In this document: positions 9,170 to 17,712 of the stretch, piece by piece
Layout: each line of letters starts with the position of its first letter
Position numbering within the stretch: position 1 is the first letter of the stretch
NCBI GenBank assembly: GCA_964446735.1
Contig: CAYUQB010000001.1
Location: forward strand, 380,460 to 444,459
Length of the DNA: 64,000 bases
Direction: 5' to 3'
DNA from: an uncultured Candidatus Saccharibacteria bacterium
GTDB taxonomy: Bacteria > Patescibacteriota > Minisyncoccia > Phycocordibacterales > Phycocordibacteraceae
The notes under the pieces: generated by a model
Told to the model about the DNA's origin: nothing
Database searches by the model: none
The model's input: only the letters and a program-made list of their open reading frames with translations
Made by a program: the position numbers and the translations under genes

Positions 9170-9577
9170 TTACTTAGGCTTCTTAGCTCCGTAGCGCGAG
9201 CGGCCACGACGACGCTTATCAATACCGGCGGTATCAAGCTTGCCGCGGACGATGGTGTACTGGACACCAATGTCCTTCACGCGACCGCCGCGAAGCAGCA
9301 CCACTGAGTGCTCCTGGAGGTTGTGGCCCTCACCCGGAATGTAGGCGGTCACTTCCATACCGTTAGAAAGGCGTACACGAGCAATCTTGCGGATTGCGGA
9401 GTTTGGCTTACGAGGGGTCTTCGTGGTGACCTTCACGCACACACCGCGCTTAAAGGGTGCCGGGTAGTATTCCGGACGATTCTTGAGCGCGTTGAAGCCA
9501 CGCGAAAGAGCCGCAGTCCGGTCTTTGCGTGTCCGGTCCTTGCGGGACTTCTTCGTGAGCTGATTGATGGTGGCCAT
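9170..9577 (-). CDS. rpsL: 30S ribosomal protein S12
   Basis: [35 protein letters not shown]. Confidence 0.98.
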   Translation of the reverse strand: MATINQLTKKSRKDRTRKDRTAALSRGFNALKNRPEYYPAPFKRGVCVKVTTKTPRKPNSAIRKIARVRLSNGMEVTAYIPGEGHNLQEHSVVLLRGGRVKDIGVQYTIVRGKLDTAGIDKRRRGRSRYGAKKPK

Positions 9578-9734
9578 TGGTCAAATGAAAACCCGCCGTG
9601 CGGGATGGGCTCACTATATAGAAAGGCCTATATAAATGCAAACAGGGGTACCTTGCCGACTTCTCCATACCGGTCGATAATCCGGCCAGTGGGCGTTGTA
9701 CTCGACAATTCAACCTGCACATCGGGAGCACACG

Positions 9735-10940
9735 ATGGATATCGCATCCGTTCAAACCGTTACCCTGCCCGATGGCAGGAAAGTGAACGTATCCGCCACC
9801 GAAGAGCCGTGGTGGAGTATGGACGACACGTCCGGCTACGTCGACCCGCACACCATAGCCGCAGATCCGGACCAGCCACGACGCTTCATGAAAGCGACCG
9901 ATCTGGAGGAGCTGGAGGAAAGCGTACGGGAATGTGGCGTCAGACAACACATCGTCGTCACTCCCCGACATCTGGCCCCGTGGGCTCGGGTCCTCCCCGA
10001 GGAAGAGCACTGCTTCTTCCTCAACGTGAGCGGACACCGCCGAAAGAAGTGCGCGGTCAAGTCCGGTCAACGCGCGGTTCCGATCCACATCCGGGTTTAC
10101 GCTGACCAAGATGCGCACGAACGCGATCGTTCGGTCCTGAATGCCGCGCACTCGGAGCTCACTGCCCTTGAAGAAGGGTGGGAGATGCTCAATCACCGCG
10201 AGCGTGGCTGGAAGATCGAGAAGATTGCGCGCACCTTCGGCAAGTCCGTGCCGGAAGTCTACCGGCGCATCAACCTGACGAGGCTTCATCCAGAGATCCA
10301 GGCGCTCTTGTCGCCCGAGCTTGAGGAGAAGAAGCGATTGTCGGTGGTGGTGGGCTCGGCGCTCGGCGGGCTCAAGGAACCGACGCGGGAGGAACTTCTC
10401 GACCTGTACCGGAAATTCGGCGAGGGCCTGCCCGGCTTCGAGCACCTGGCTGACCTCGATGAAGAAGAGGAGGACTTCGAGGAAGAATCGGACTCGAACG
10501 ACCGGGCCGCAGCCGACGTGCGCCGGTTTACCGCCCAGAAGCTTCTGTTGGCGTACACGGCCAGCAAGTACATGAGCGGAGTGCGCGCTGCAGCCTTCAT
10601 CAAGGACGAGTCGCACCACCTCGAAGCTTCTCGCGGACATTCCGGAGCGGGCCGACCGGTCACTCGGTTCGAGCCCCGCAAGCGCAAAGAGGTCATCAAG
10701 GGACTCGTGAAGCTTGTCACCGGTTCGCCGGTGATGGACTGGAACCCACGGGAGCTTGAGCGCATTTTCGATCTTTCCTCCCGCGAGGAGATCGAAGAAG
10801 TGATCGGGCAGCTCAAGAGCGTCACCGGATTCCTCGAGGGTCTCATCACGGTCCTCGAGCGACTCCGTGATCGTAAGCAGCCCATGCGTCCAGAAACACG
10901 CCGCATTATGGAGCAGCGAGCGCGGGCGGCGGGCGGCTGA
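9735..10940 (+). CDS. ParB/RepB/Spo0J-family protein (orphan, no adjacent parA)
   Basis: DPDQPRR, LEELEESVRECGVRQHIVV, SGHRR (GxxR) and an HTH-like WKIEKIARTFGKS; ATG at 9735 follows GGGAG. Confidence 0.8.
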   Translation: MDIASVQTVTLPDGRKVNVSATEEPWWSMDDTSGYVDPHTIAADPDQPRRFMKATDLEELEESVRECGVRQHIVVTPRHLAPWARVLPEEEHCFFLNVSGHRRKKCAVKSGQRAVPIHIRVYADQDAHERDRSVLNAAHSELTALEEGWEMLNHRERGWKIEKIARTFGKSVPEVYRRINLTRLHPEIQALLSPELEEKKRLSVVVGSALGGLKEPTREELLDLYRKFGEGLPGFEHLADLDEEEEDFEEESDSNDRAAADVRRFTAQKLLLAYTASKYMSGVRAAAFIKDESHHLEASRGHSGAGRPVTRFEPRKRKEVIKGLVKLVTGSPVMDWNPRELERIFDLSSREEIEEVIGQLKSVTGFLEGLITVLERLRDRKQPMRPETRRIMEQRARAAGG

Positions 10941-10995
10941 TAGTTTGTACAGTAAATTGTGGGCGCGCCTCGCGGCGCGCCCACGTTAATTATGC

Positions 10996-11565
10996 TCACT
11001 CGTTTGTCCCGAACCGCTTCTCCAAAAGTTGAATGTCGTACCGACGCACTCCGATATCCGCAGGCGAAATCCCAAGAGATACTAAGAATTCCCGAAGCTG
11101 TTGACTTATCGTATCGACATCTGCGTCATGGTCGGCACACTGCTCCACTTCGATAAAAGACCCCAGACCCTCCACCTCATCCAAACAAATCTCCCAATTC
11201 TTGAGATGCGCGCTTGTTCGCGTCTTAGTAATTTCAAGCATAGGTTCAAACCCCAAGAGAGTGAGCATCGCTTCCAGTTCGGAACGAGAGCTCACATCCA
11301 CCTCATGCTCTATCGGCATCGACGCGTCACGTACATCACGCGTTCGGTCCGGATGATATTTCAGGGTGAACGTGACGGTTGTTGGTGTCTGGCGAATACG
11401 AAGGAATACCTCATTCCCAAGAAATGCATCCATGGATTGGGTACGCCTGGCGTACACGACGTCTTCCTGCCGCACTGCTTCGACAAATGACGCTCCTAAT
11501 TCCTCGAGCTTTCGCTTTACCTCCTCCCGATCGCGCAGATGCGCCTTCACTTCAATCTCGCGCAT
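10996..11565 (-). CDS. CYTH-domain protein (class IV adenylate cyclase, CyaB-like)
   Basis: MREIEVK (ExExK), LRIR, LDEVEGLGSFIEVE. Confidence 0.9.
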   Translation of the reverse strand: MREIEVKAHLRDREEVKRKLEELGASFVEAVRQEDVVYARRTQSMDAFLGNEVFLRIRQTPTTVTFTLKYHPDRTRDVRDASMPIEHEVDVSSRSELEAMLTLLGFEPMLEITKTRTSAHLKNWEICLDEVEGLGSFIEVEQCADHDADVDTISQQLREFLVSLGISPADIGVRRYDIQLLEKRFGTNE

Positions 11566-11566
11566 A

Positions 11567-11959
11567 TCAGTTCTTCCCCTCTCTGCGATACCGTTCTTTC
11601 ACCTCCTTGTACGCTGCTTCGGTACCGGGATTTGCGCCATGCGCTTCCCGGTTGAATATCTCAACCGGGTATTTCTCCTCCACTTTCTCCAGTTTCTCCC
11701 GAAGAATCTCCTCAACATCAAGGTTGAGCGTCACCGCCATTTCGAAACAATAGATCATCACGTCGGCAAGTTCCTTGCGGATCGCTTCCATTTTCTCTGC
11801 GTCCGCCTGTACCTCATGCGGTGGTTGGTTATCCCACTGAAAAACCTCAAGAAGCTCCGCGCCTTCGATCATGACCGACTTGGCAAGATCTGCGGGACGA
11901 AGTTCATCCCACCCACGCTCCGCAAGGTGCTTGCGTATGATCTCTGAAAATTCCTGCAT
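11567..11959 (-). CDS. MazG-like nucleotide pyrophosphohydrolase (dCTP pyrophosphatase-like)
   Basis: IEGAELLEVFQW..ELADVMIY..KYP. Confidence 0.88.
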   Translation of the reverse strand: MQEFSEIIRKHLAERGWDELRPADLAKSVMIEGAELLEVFQWDNQPPHEVQADAEKMEAIRKELADVMIYCFEMAVTLNLDVEEILREKLEKVEEKYPVEIFNREAHGANPGTEAAYKEVKERYRREGKN

Positions 11960-11976
11960 GAAGGCAGTATATCTCG

Positions 11977-12612
11977 CTAGATTCCTACCAAAAGTCTAAA
12001 GAGATACGACACAAACGCCGAGAACGGTGCAGCCAAAAGGAAATAAAAGACGAGAAGAAATGCAACCAGTGTCATGATGCCCCCTTGTGCAAAGCGTGCC
12101 TCGAACTGACGGAATCCCATCGCGTACTTATAAGGGAGTAGCCCTCGAATGAAAGTAAACCCATCGAGGGGTGGGATAGGAATGAGATTAAAAAGACCGA
12201 GGAAGAGGTTTACGAGTGCAATGATGCCGCAGGCCTGCGCGAATACGTCCATACCAGATGCAAGCGTGTACCGGGCGAGAAGTCCAAACACAACCGCAAG
12301 GAGGAGGTTCGTTGCAACACCCGCGAGTGCAACGACCGCCTCTCCCCATCGCTGATTCCGCAGGTTGTAGGGATTGTAGGGAACCGGTTTCGCCCAACCA
12401 AAGAGAAACCCTCCCGGTGAGATAACGCAGAGAAACGGCACCAAAATGGAGCCGATCGGATCAATATGAGGGGCCGGATTGAGGGTAAGCCGTCCTGCGA
12501 ACTTGGCGGTGGTGTCCCCCAGCATGAGTGCCGCGTATCCATGCGCCACTTCGTGGATGATGATGGAGATGATGAGGATGACGAAATAGAAGATCTGCAG
12601 CTCTAATTGCAT
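11977..12612 (-). CDS. site-2 protease family (M50) membrane metalloprotease
   Basis: HEVAH and FNLIPIPPLDG motifs; the start could be 12627. Confidence 0.93.
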   Translation of the reverse strand: MQLELQIFYFVILIISIIIHEVAHGYAALMLGDTTAKFAGRLTLNPAPHIDPIGSILVPFLCVISPGGFLFGWAKPVPYNPYNLRNQRWGEAVVALAGVATNLLLAVVFGLLARYTLASGMDVFAQACGIIALVNLFLGLFNLIPIPPLDGFTFIRGLLPYKYAMGFRQFEARFAQGGIMTLVAFLLVFYFLLAAPFSAFVSYLFRLLVGI

Positions 12613-12644
12613 ACGATGTTGCCACATGCTAGCATGGCGAAACT

Positions 12645-12887
12645 ATGGCACGAAGCTGCGATATAACCGGAAAGAGCACCCAGATCGGCGGACGGTATAG
12701 CAACCGGACGCGTGCGACGCAGTTCAATCCAACCGGAAAAGTTCGCCGCAAAGCCAATCTCCAGAAGCGACGTATTTACGTTGCGGAGCTCGGTAAGTCA
12801 GTACTGATAGACGTTTCCGCAAAAGGTATGCGACACGTGAAGCGGAACGGTGCGTACGCCACCCTCAAGAAAGCAGGAATTGTGTAA
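12645..12887 (+). CDS. rpmB: 50S ribosomal protein L28
   Basis: MARSCDITGK..RRKANLQKRR..VSAKGMR. Confidence 0.88.
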   Translation: MARSCDITGKSTQIGGRYSNRTRATQFNPTGKVRRKANLQKRRIYVAELGKSVLIDVSAKGMRHVKRNGAYATLKKAGIV

Positions 12888-12919
12888 AGAACAGGCCGGT
12901 CCCAAGACCGGCCTTTTCT

Positions 12920-13789
12920 TTATTCACGCACGACCGTTTTCCCATCACTGACAAAGGTAACCGTACCCTCTATAGTCGAGACCATTGCTGCTCCCTCTTG
13001 TCTTATACGCTCAACCGTCTCTGCGTGCGGATGTCCGTATGAGTTATCTTCCCCTGCCGAGATCACCACAATCTTGGGATCGACTGCCGCGAGCCACAAA
13101 CTGTCGGTCGAGTGACGAGAACCATGGTGACCGGCCTTGAGAACATCACTTCGCAACCGCCCACTTCCTTCGTCGAGTGCAACGAGATAGTCCTCGGAAG
13201 GACTTCCAAGATCACCAGTGAACATAAATGAGGTTTCGCCATACCTCACCTGGAGTACGATCGACCCCTCGTTGGTCTCTTTCTGCTGCGATTGGTCGCG
13301 GTCAGGATAGAGGACATCCGCATATACACCTCCACCAAGATGAAGCCGCATACCCCGCCGCACGATGGTGTGTGCCACACCAGATTCCTTTTCAACCATC
13401 TCGGCAACGTGTCGCGCATGGGGTGTGGCGTCAGGAATGCCCGACTCAAGGTACGCCCTTACCTGGTAGCGTTCGAGTACATCACCGAGGCCAGCGATGT
13501 GATCTTTGTCCGGATGGGTCTCTATGACTACATCAAGTGTTCGGTCCCAAGGAGGAACCTCTCGTGAGAGCTGCCTCAGCACGGACCGGTCAGGACCGCC
13601 GTCAATGAGCATCTGCACTCCTGTAGGACTCTCAATCAAGAGCGCGTCGCCCTGACCGACATCGAGAAAAGAAACCGTGAGCACCCGATGATTCGGACGA
13701 AACGCATACAGTATGATCACGCTGTTAATGAGTACCAAGACAAGCAGTACGAATGTGTACCACGCAATTCGTCGGCTGCTCGGCTGCAT
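12920..13789 (-). CDS. ComEC/Rec2-type metallo-beta-lactamase-fold protein (stand-alone MBL domain)
   Basis: FLDVGQGDA, THPDKDHIAG, FTGD, LKAGHHGS, NSYGHPH; N-terminal TM. Confidence 0.9.
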   Translation of the reverse strand: MQPSSRRIAWYTFVLLVLVLINSVIILYAFRPNHRVLTVSFLDVGQGDALLIESPTGVQMLIDGGPDRSVLRQLSREVPPWDRTLDVVIETHPDKDHIAGLGDVLERYQVRAYLESGIPDATPHARHVAEMVEKESGVAHTIVRRGMRLHLGGGVYADVLYPDRDQSQQKETNEGSIVLQVRYGETSFMFTGDLGSPSEDYLVALDEGSGRLRSDVLKAGHHGSRHSTDSLWLAAVDPKIVVISAGEDNSYGHPHAETVERIRQEGAAMVSTIEGTVTFVSDGKTVVRE

Positions 13790-13821
13790 AGCCGTAAGTA
13801 TAGATTGTGTACACTAGGCGT

Positions 13822-14133
13822 ATGAAGGACTACCAAAAAGAAGTGGATGCCTGGTTCACCCAAAAGGGCTGGGAGTACTGGGAACCACTTGCCATCACCG
13901 CTCGGCTGTATGAAGAAGGCGGAGAGTTCGCGCGCCTCGTGAATCACGTGTATGGACCTAAAAAGAAACGCCTGGACGAGAAGGTCCAGGATATGGAAGA
14001 GGAGATAGGCGATATCATTTACACGCTTATCTGTTTTGCGAATTCACACGGTATCAACCTCGATGACGCGATACGCAAGTCGCTCGATAAAGTAATGGAG
14101 CGAGACAAAGATCGCTACTCGAAAGAGAGCTAG
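13822..14133 (+). CDS. MazG-like nucleotide pyrophosphohydrolase (YpjD-like)
   Basis: ARLYEEGGEFAR..YGPKKK..EEEIGD..ANS. Confidence 0.88.
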   Translation: MKDYQKEVDAWFTQKGWEYWEPLAITARLYEEGGEFARLVNHVYGPKKKRLDEKVQDMEEEIGDIIYTLICFANSHGINLDDAIRKSLDKVMERDKDRYSKES

Positions 14134-14396
14134 TGCAGCGTCGGCTTTATACCTAGTTCGCGTAGCACGGTATCAAGTGCCGCTTCACTTGTTTCGTCGA
14201 CGCGTTTTGGATGAGCTTCAAGCCATCGGTCAAAGCGAGCCGACGGCGAAGACTCGCTTCCGTCAGCTATCCAAGCAAGAATCGGAGACTCTTTCGTAGG
14301 AAACGCGCGTTGAGCAAGTGCTGCTTGGAGGTGATTCTTATACCGCAACGCCTCTTCACGAGGGTCAGGTCGAGACTCCATCGGGAGTGCTTCCAT
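14130..14396 (-). CDS. hypothetical protein
   Basis: 88-aa ORF; -10 TATGCT 6 nt before the ATG. Confidence 0.6.
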   Translation of the reverse strand: MEALPMESRPDPREEALRYKNHLQAALAQRAFPTKESPILAWIADGSESSPSARFDRWLEAHPKRVDETSEAALDTVLRELGIKPTLH

Positions 14397-14446
14397 ATGA
14401 AAAGCATACCACCACCCTTCATTCGCACTTGGTATACTGCCGGCAT

Positions 14447-15040
14447 ATGACCTATACCGCCCGCACGTTTTCCCTTCCAGAACTCACCGGCCTCTCGCCT
14501 AAGCAAATCGAGGTCCATCTTGCTCTCTATCAGGGCTACGTAAAGCATGTGAATCTCATCATGGAGAAGATCGCTGCATACAAAGCTGCTGACGCCGAAG
14601 GTAACGCCTATGCCATTAATGAGCTGCGGCGGCGCCTCGGATTCGAGTTCGATGGTATGCGAATGCACGAGTACTACTTCGAGCAATTGGAAGGAGGATT
14701 ACATCCTCCAGAGGCTTCTGGTCCGCTCATGAACGCCGCGACCGAAAAATACGGGAGCTGGGACGCGTTCATTGGACATATCAAAGAAGTGTCTGGAACA
14801 CGCGGTATTGGATGGACCGTCGTGTACCACGACCCCATCGGCACGACACTCCACACTGCCTTCGTTGAGGATCATCAACTTGGTCAGCTCGCCGGCCTCC
14901 CCATTATTCTTGCAGTCGATCTGTGGGAGCACGCATACATGGTCGACTACGTCCCAGCACAAAAAGCCACCTACGTCGAAGCGTTTCTGGATAACGTCAA
15001 CTGGGCGGCGGTTGAGGCGCGATTTTCAAACGCAAGTTAG
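14447..15040 (+). CDS. Fe/Mn superoxide dismutase family protein
   Basis: HLALYQGYV, MHEYYF and DLWEHAY metal ligands; start placed after TATACT. Confidence 0.9.
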   Translation: MTYTARTFSLPELTGLSPKQIEVHLALYQGYVKHVNLIMEKIAAYKAADAEGNAYAINELRRRLGFEFDGMRMHEYYFEQLEGGLHPPEASGPLMNAATEKYGSWDAFIGHIKEVSGTRGIGWTVVYHDPIGTTLHTAFVEDHQLGQLAGLPIILAVDLWEHAYMVDYVPAQKATYVEAFLDNVNWAAVEARFSNAS

Positions 15041-15073
15041 TAAGACGCAGAAAGCTCCGGTTTTGCTGAGGGA

Positions 15074-15505
15074 TTAGGAATCGAACCTTGCTTTATCCAT
15101 TGCACGGTTCGCAAGCGCATCAGCGTCTGTATTGTTCTCGCGATACACATGCTCGAAAGAAACGGTACCGAACGAACGGGTAAGCAAATTCTTCACCTCA
15201 AGATACCGGGGAACGAGATTTGGATGCTTCACCTTATACGCTCCTTTTAGTTGTTCGATAACAAGTTTGCTGTCCATCCGAATAACGAGCGGAATGGTTT
15301 TCAGATGGTCGGGTGGGTATGCACCTATGAGCTCCTTCAGACCTCGAATAACCGCCTCGTATTCAGCAATGTTATTCGTCGCAACGCCTAAGTAATCAGA
15401 CACTTCGACAACGCGTTTGCCGAGCTCGTCAAAGACCACCGCACCAGCACCTGCGGGTCCCGGATTTCCCCGAGCGCCGCCATCGGCATACAGTGTAAAT
15501 TGCAT
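15074..15505 (-). CDS. rnhA: ribonuclease HI family protein
   Basis: YADGGARGNPGPAG, TNNIAEY, DSKLV, RENNTDADALAN. Confidence 0.92.
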   Translation of the reverse strand: MQFTLYADGGARGNPGPAGAGAVVFDELGKRVVEVSDYLGVATNNIAEYEAVIRGLKELIGAYPPDHLKTIPLVIRMDSKLVIEQLKGAYKVKHPNLVPRYLEVKNLLTRSFGTVSFEHVYRENNTDADALANRAMDKARFDS

Positions 15506-15522
15506 GACGTTCAGTATACGCT

Positions 15523-17244
15523 CTAGCGCACTGCGAGAATGCGCAGTCGTACCGGCGAACGCCGTGAAAACTGATTGCGTTCAAGATGTCCCAAGAGGTT
15601 GATGCGACTACCCGATGCAAGCTCTGCGCACGAACGGCCGAGTCCGCGTTTTGCATAGAACGAGATCGCCTCGACCACACCTGTATTGAACTCGTCTCGA
15701 GCGAGTGTGAGCCGTAGATGCTCCCCGGATTTTCCGAACCATGCTACGTCAGTCAGTAACACGTCATGGAACGCGAAGATCGGCTTGTCATTTTTCATGC
15801 CAAACGGCGCGAAACGCTCGAGTGATGCAAGCAGTCTTGGGGAGATGTCGGTTGGTGTAAGCGGGGCATCGGCCTTCCATTCCTCGACGTCATGGGAAGG
15901 AAGTTTCTGGAATGCAGCACAGAGCCGCGATTCGAGTTCAAAAATGTTCTCCGGAGCGACTGAAAATCCACCCGAAGCGGCATGTCCGCCAAATTCAAGA
16001 AATGCATCTGTCGCCATATGCATCAGTTCATTCACGTTCGTCTTTCCCCCTGCGCGACACGACCCCTTGAGTGTGTTGTTTCCCTCCCGACCCCATAGGA
16101 AGACCGGCCGTTCGTACTCTTCTGCGATGCCGTTTGCAACTAATCCAAGAAGTCCTGGTCGCCACTCAGGATCACCGAGTACGATGACCTCCGGAAGCGG
16201 GCTTGTGAGTGCCCGCGTAGCGAGCCGTTCGTGTGCCGCCTTCGTGATAGCGCCCGCACTTGCCCTGCGAGAACGGTTCGCTGACTCCAACACCTTTGCA
16301 AGCGTCTCTGCTTCAGCTTCGTCCGGAGTCGTGAAGAGTCGAAATGCGTCCCGCGGATCGCCCATCCTCGATGCAGCGTTCACCCGAGGCGCAAGTGAAA
16401 ACCCCACATCATCCTCAGTGATTCGTCGTTGATCAACGCGCGCGATTTTGCACAACTTCTGCAATCCCAATCGAGGAGACTTTCGCATGACCAGAAGACC
16501 GTACGCAGCGATCACACGATTCTCTCCAATGAGCGGAACCATATCAGCTATGGTGGAAAGTCCTGCCATATCAAGAAGCCATTTCTCCCACCCCGCCGGT
16601 ATCTCTTCTCGTCCGGGAAATCCGTGTGAGAGCGTTGCGCACACGAGCTTCCATGCGAGCCCGCCGCCACACAACTCTTTAAAAGGATACGGTTCATTCG
16701 GTCGAGCCTTTGGATCGATGACTGCATAGGCAGGGGGCAGCTCGCCGGATGGTAAGTGGTGGTCGGTCACAATGACTTCCATACCAAGCTCATGTGCACG
16801 TGCCACTGCTTCGTTGTCGACAATGCCGACGTCGACCGTCACGATGAGTTTCGTTCCCTCCCGTGCAAGTTTTTCAATACCGGAGATATTAATGCCATAC
16901 CCTTCGAGATGGCGATGCGGGATGTAATTATCGAAATTCGCACCCGCTTTCTTCAGAAAGTCATGGAGGACAACTGCACCCGGTATACCGTCACAGTCGT
17001 AATCGCTCCAGACAGTAATGCGCTCTCCACTCCCAATTGCACGTGCGACACGCTCTGCCGCCTTGGGCATATCCGTAAGAAGCATCGGGTCGTGAATATG
17101 TTCGTCATATGAGGGCGAGAAGAAGGCTTCTGCCGCTTCGGGCGTAGTAATACCGCGTCGTACCAGGAGCGCTGCGGTAAAGTCGTCGTATGCAGTCAGT
17201 GCATCACGGAGATCAGGAGTAAGAGGATCATGGAGCGAGAACAT
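15523..17244 (-). CDS. recJ: ssDNA-specific exonuclease RecJ
   Basis: DYDCDG, TDHH, TIADMVPL, PRVNAASR, GGHAASGG. Confidence 0.95.
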   Translation of the reverse strand: MFSLHDPLTPDLRDALTAYDDFTAALLVRRGITTPEAAEAFFSPSYDEHIHDPMLLTDMPKAAERVARAIGSGERITVWSDYDCDGIPGAVVLHDFLKKAGANFDNYIPHRHLEGYGINISGIEKLAREGTKLIVTVDVGIVDNEAVARAHELGMEVIVTDHHLPSGELPPAYAVIDPKARPNEPYPFKELCGGGLAWKLVCATLSHGFPGREEIPAGWEKWLLDMAGLSTIADMVPLIGENRVIAAYGLLVMRKSPRLGLQKLCKIARVDQRRITEDDVGFSLAPRVNAASRMGDPRDAFRLFTTPDEAEAETLAKVLESANRSRRASAGAITKAAHERLATRALTSPLPEVIVLGDPEWRPGLLGLVANGIAEEYERPVFLWGREGNNTLKGSCRAGGKTNVNELMHMATDAFLEFGGHAASGGFSVAPENIFELESRLCAAFQKLPSHDVEEWKADAPLTPTDISPRLLASLERFAPFGMKNDKPIFAFHDVLLTDVAWFGKSGEHLRLTLARDEFNTGVVEAISFYAKRGLGRSCAELASGSRINLLGHLERNQFSRRSPVRLRILAVR

Positions 17245-17289
17245 CGTTCCGAGATTGTATCAAAATTTGGGTGCGGTATCCTACCTGCT

Positions 17290-17712
17290 ATGGAAGACAC
17301 CGTATTCGGAAAGATTCTGCGGGGAGAAATCCCTCCTGGGGCAGGGCTCGTATACGAAAATGCCGATACGCTTGCATTCCTCGACATCCATCCCAACCAC
17401 CCCGGTCACACGCTCGTCATCCCGAAGCAACCCTCACGCAACGTTCTCGATATTAGTGAGGAATCATGGCTGGCATTGATGCGAACTGCCCGGATGCTTG
17501 CCCCAATCATCATGAAGGCAATGAACGCTGACGGAGTGAACATATATATGAACAACGAACCCGCGGGAAGCCAGGCAGTGTTTTACACGCACGTCCATAT
17601 TATTCCTCGTTTTACTGGAGACGGGTTCCCCACCTTTCCGCCCGGTGCCTACAAAGAAGGTGAGGCTGACGCTACCCTACGCACTATCCGAGAAGCGCTC
17701 AACGCTTCGTAA
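17290..17712 (+). CDS. HIT family protein
   Basis: FGKILRGEIP, AFLDIHP..GHTLVIPK, HVHIIPR. Confidence 0.92.
   Translation: MEDTVFGKILRGEIPPGAGLVYENADTLAFLDIHPNHPGHTLVIPKQPSRNVLDISEESWLALMRTARMLAPIIMKAMNADGVNIYMNNEPAGSQAVFYTHVHIIPRFTGDGFPTFPPGAYKEGEADATLRTIREALNAS

Noticed and set aside
9450-10999. Minus-strand ORFs 9450-10640 and 10286-10999
   Set aside because: Antisense to the ParB-like gene, which carries the recognisable motifs.
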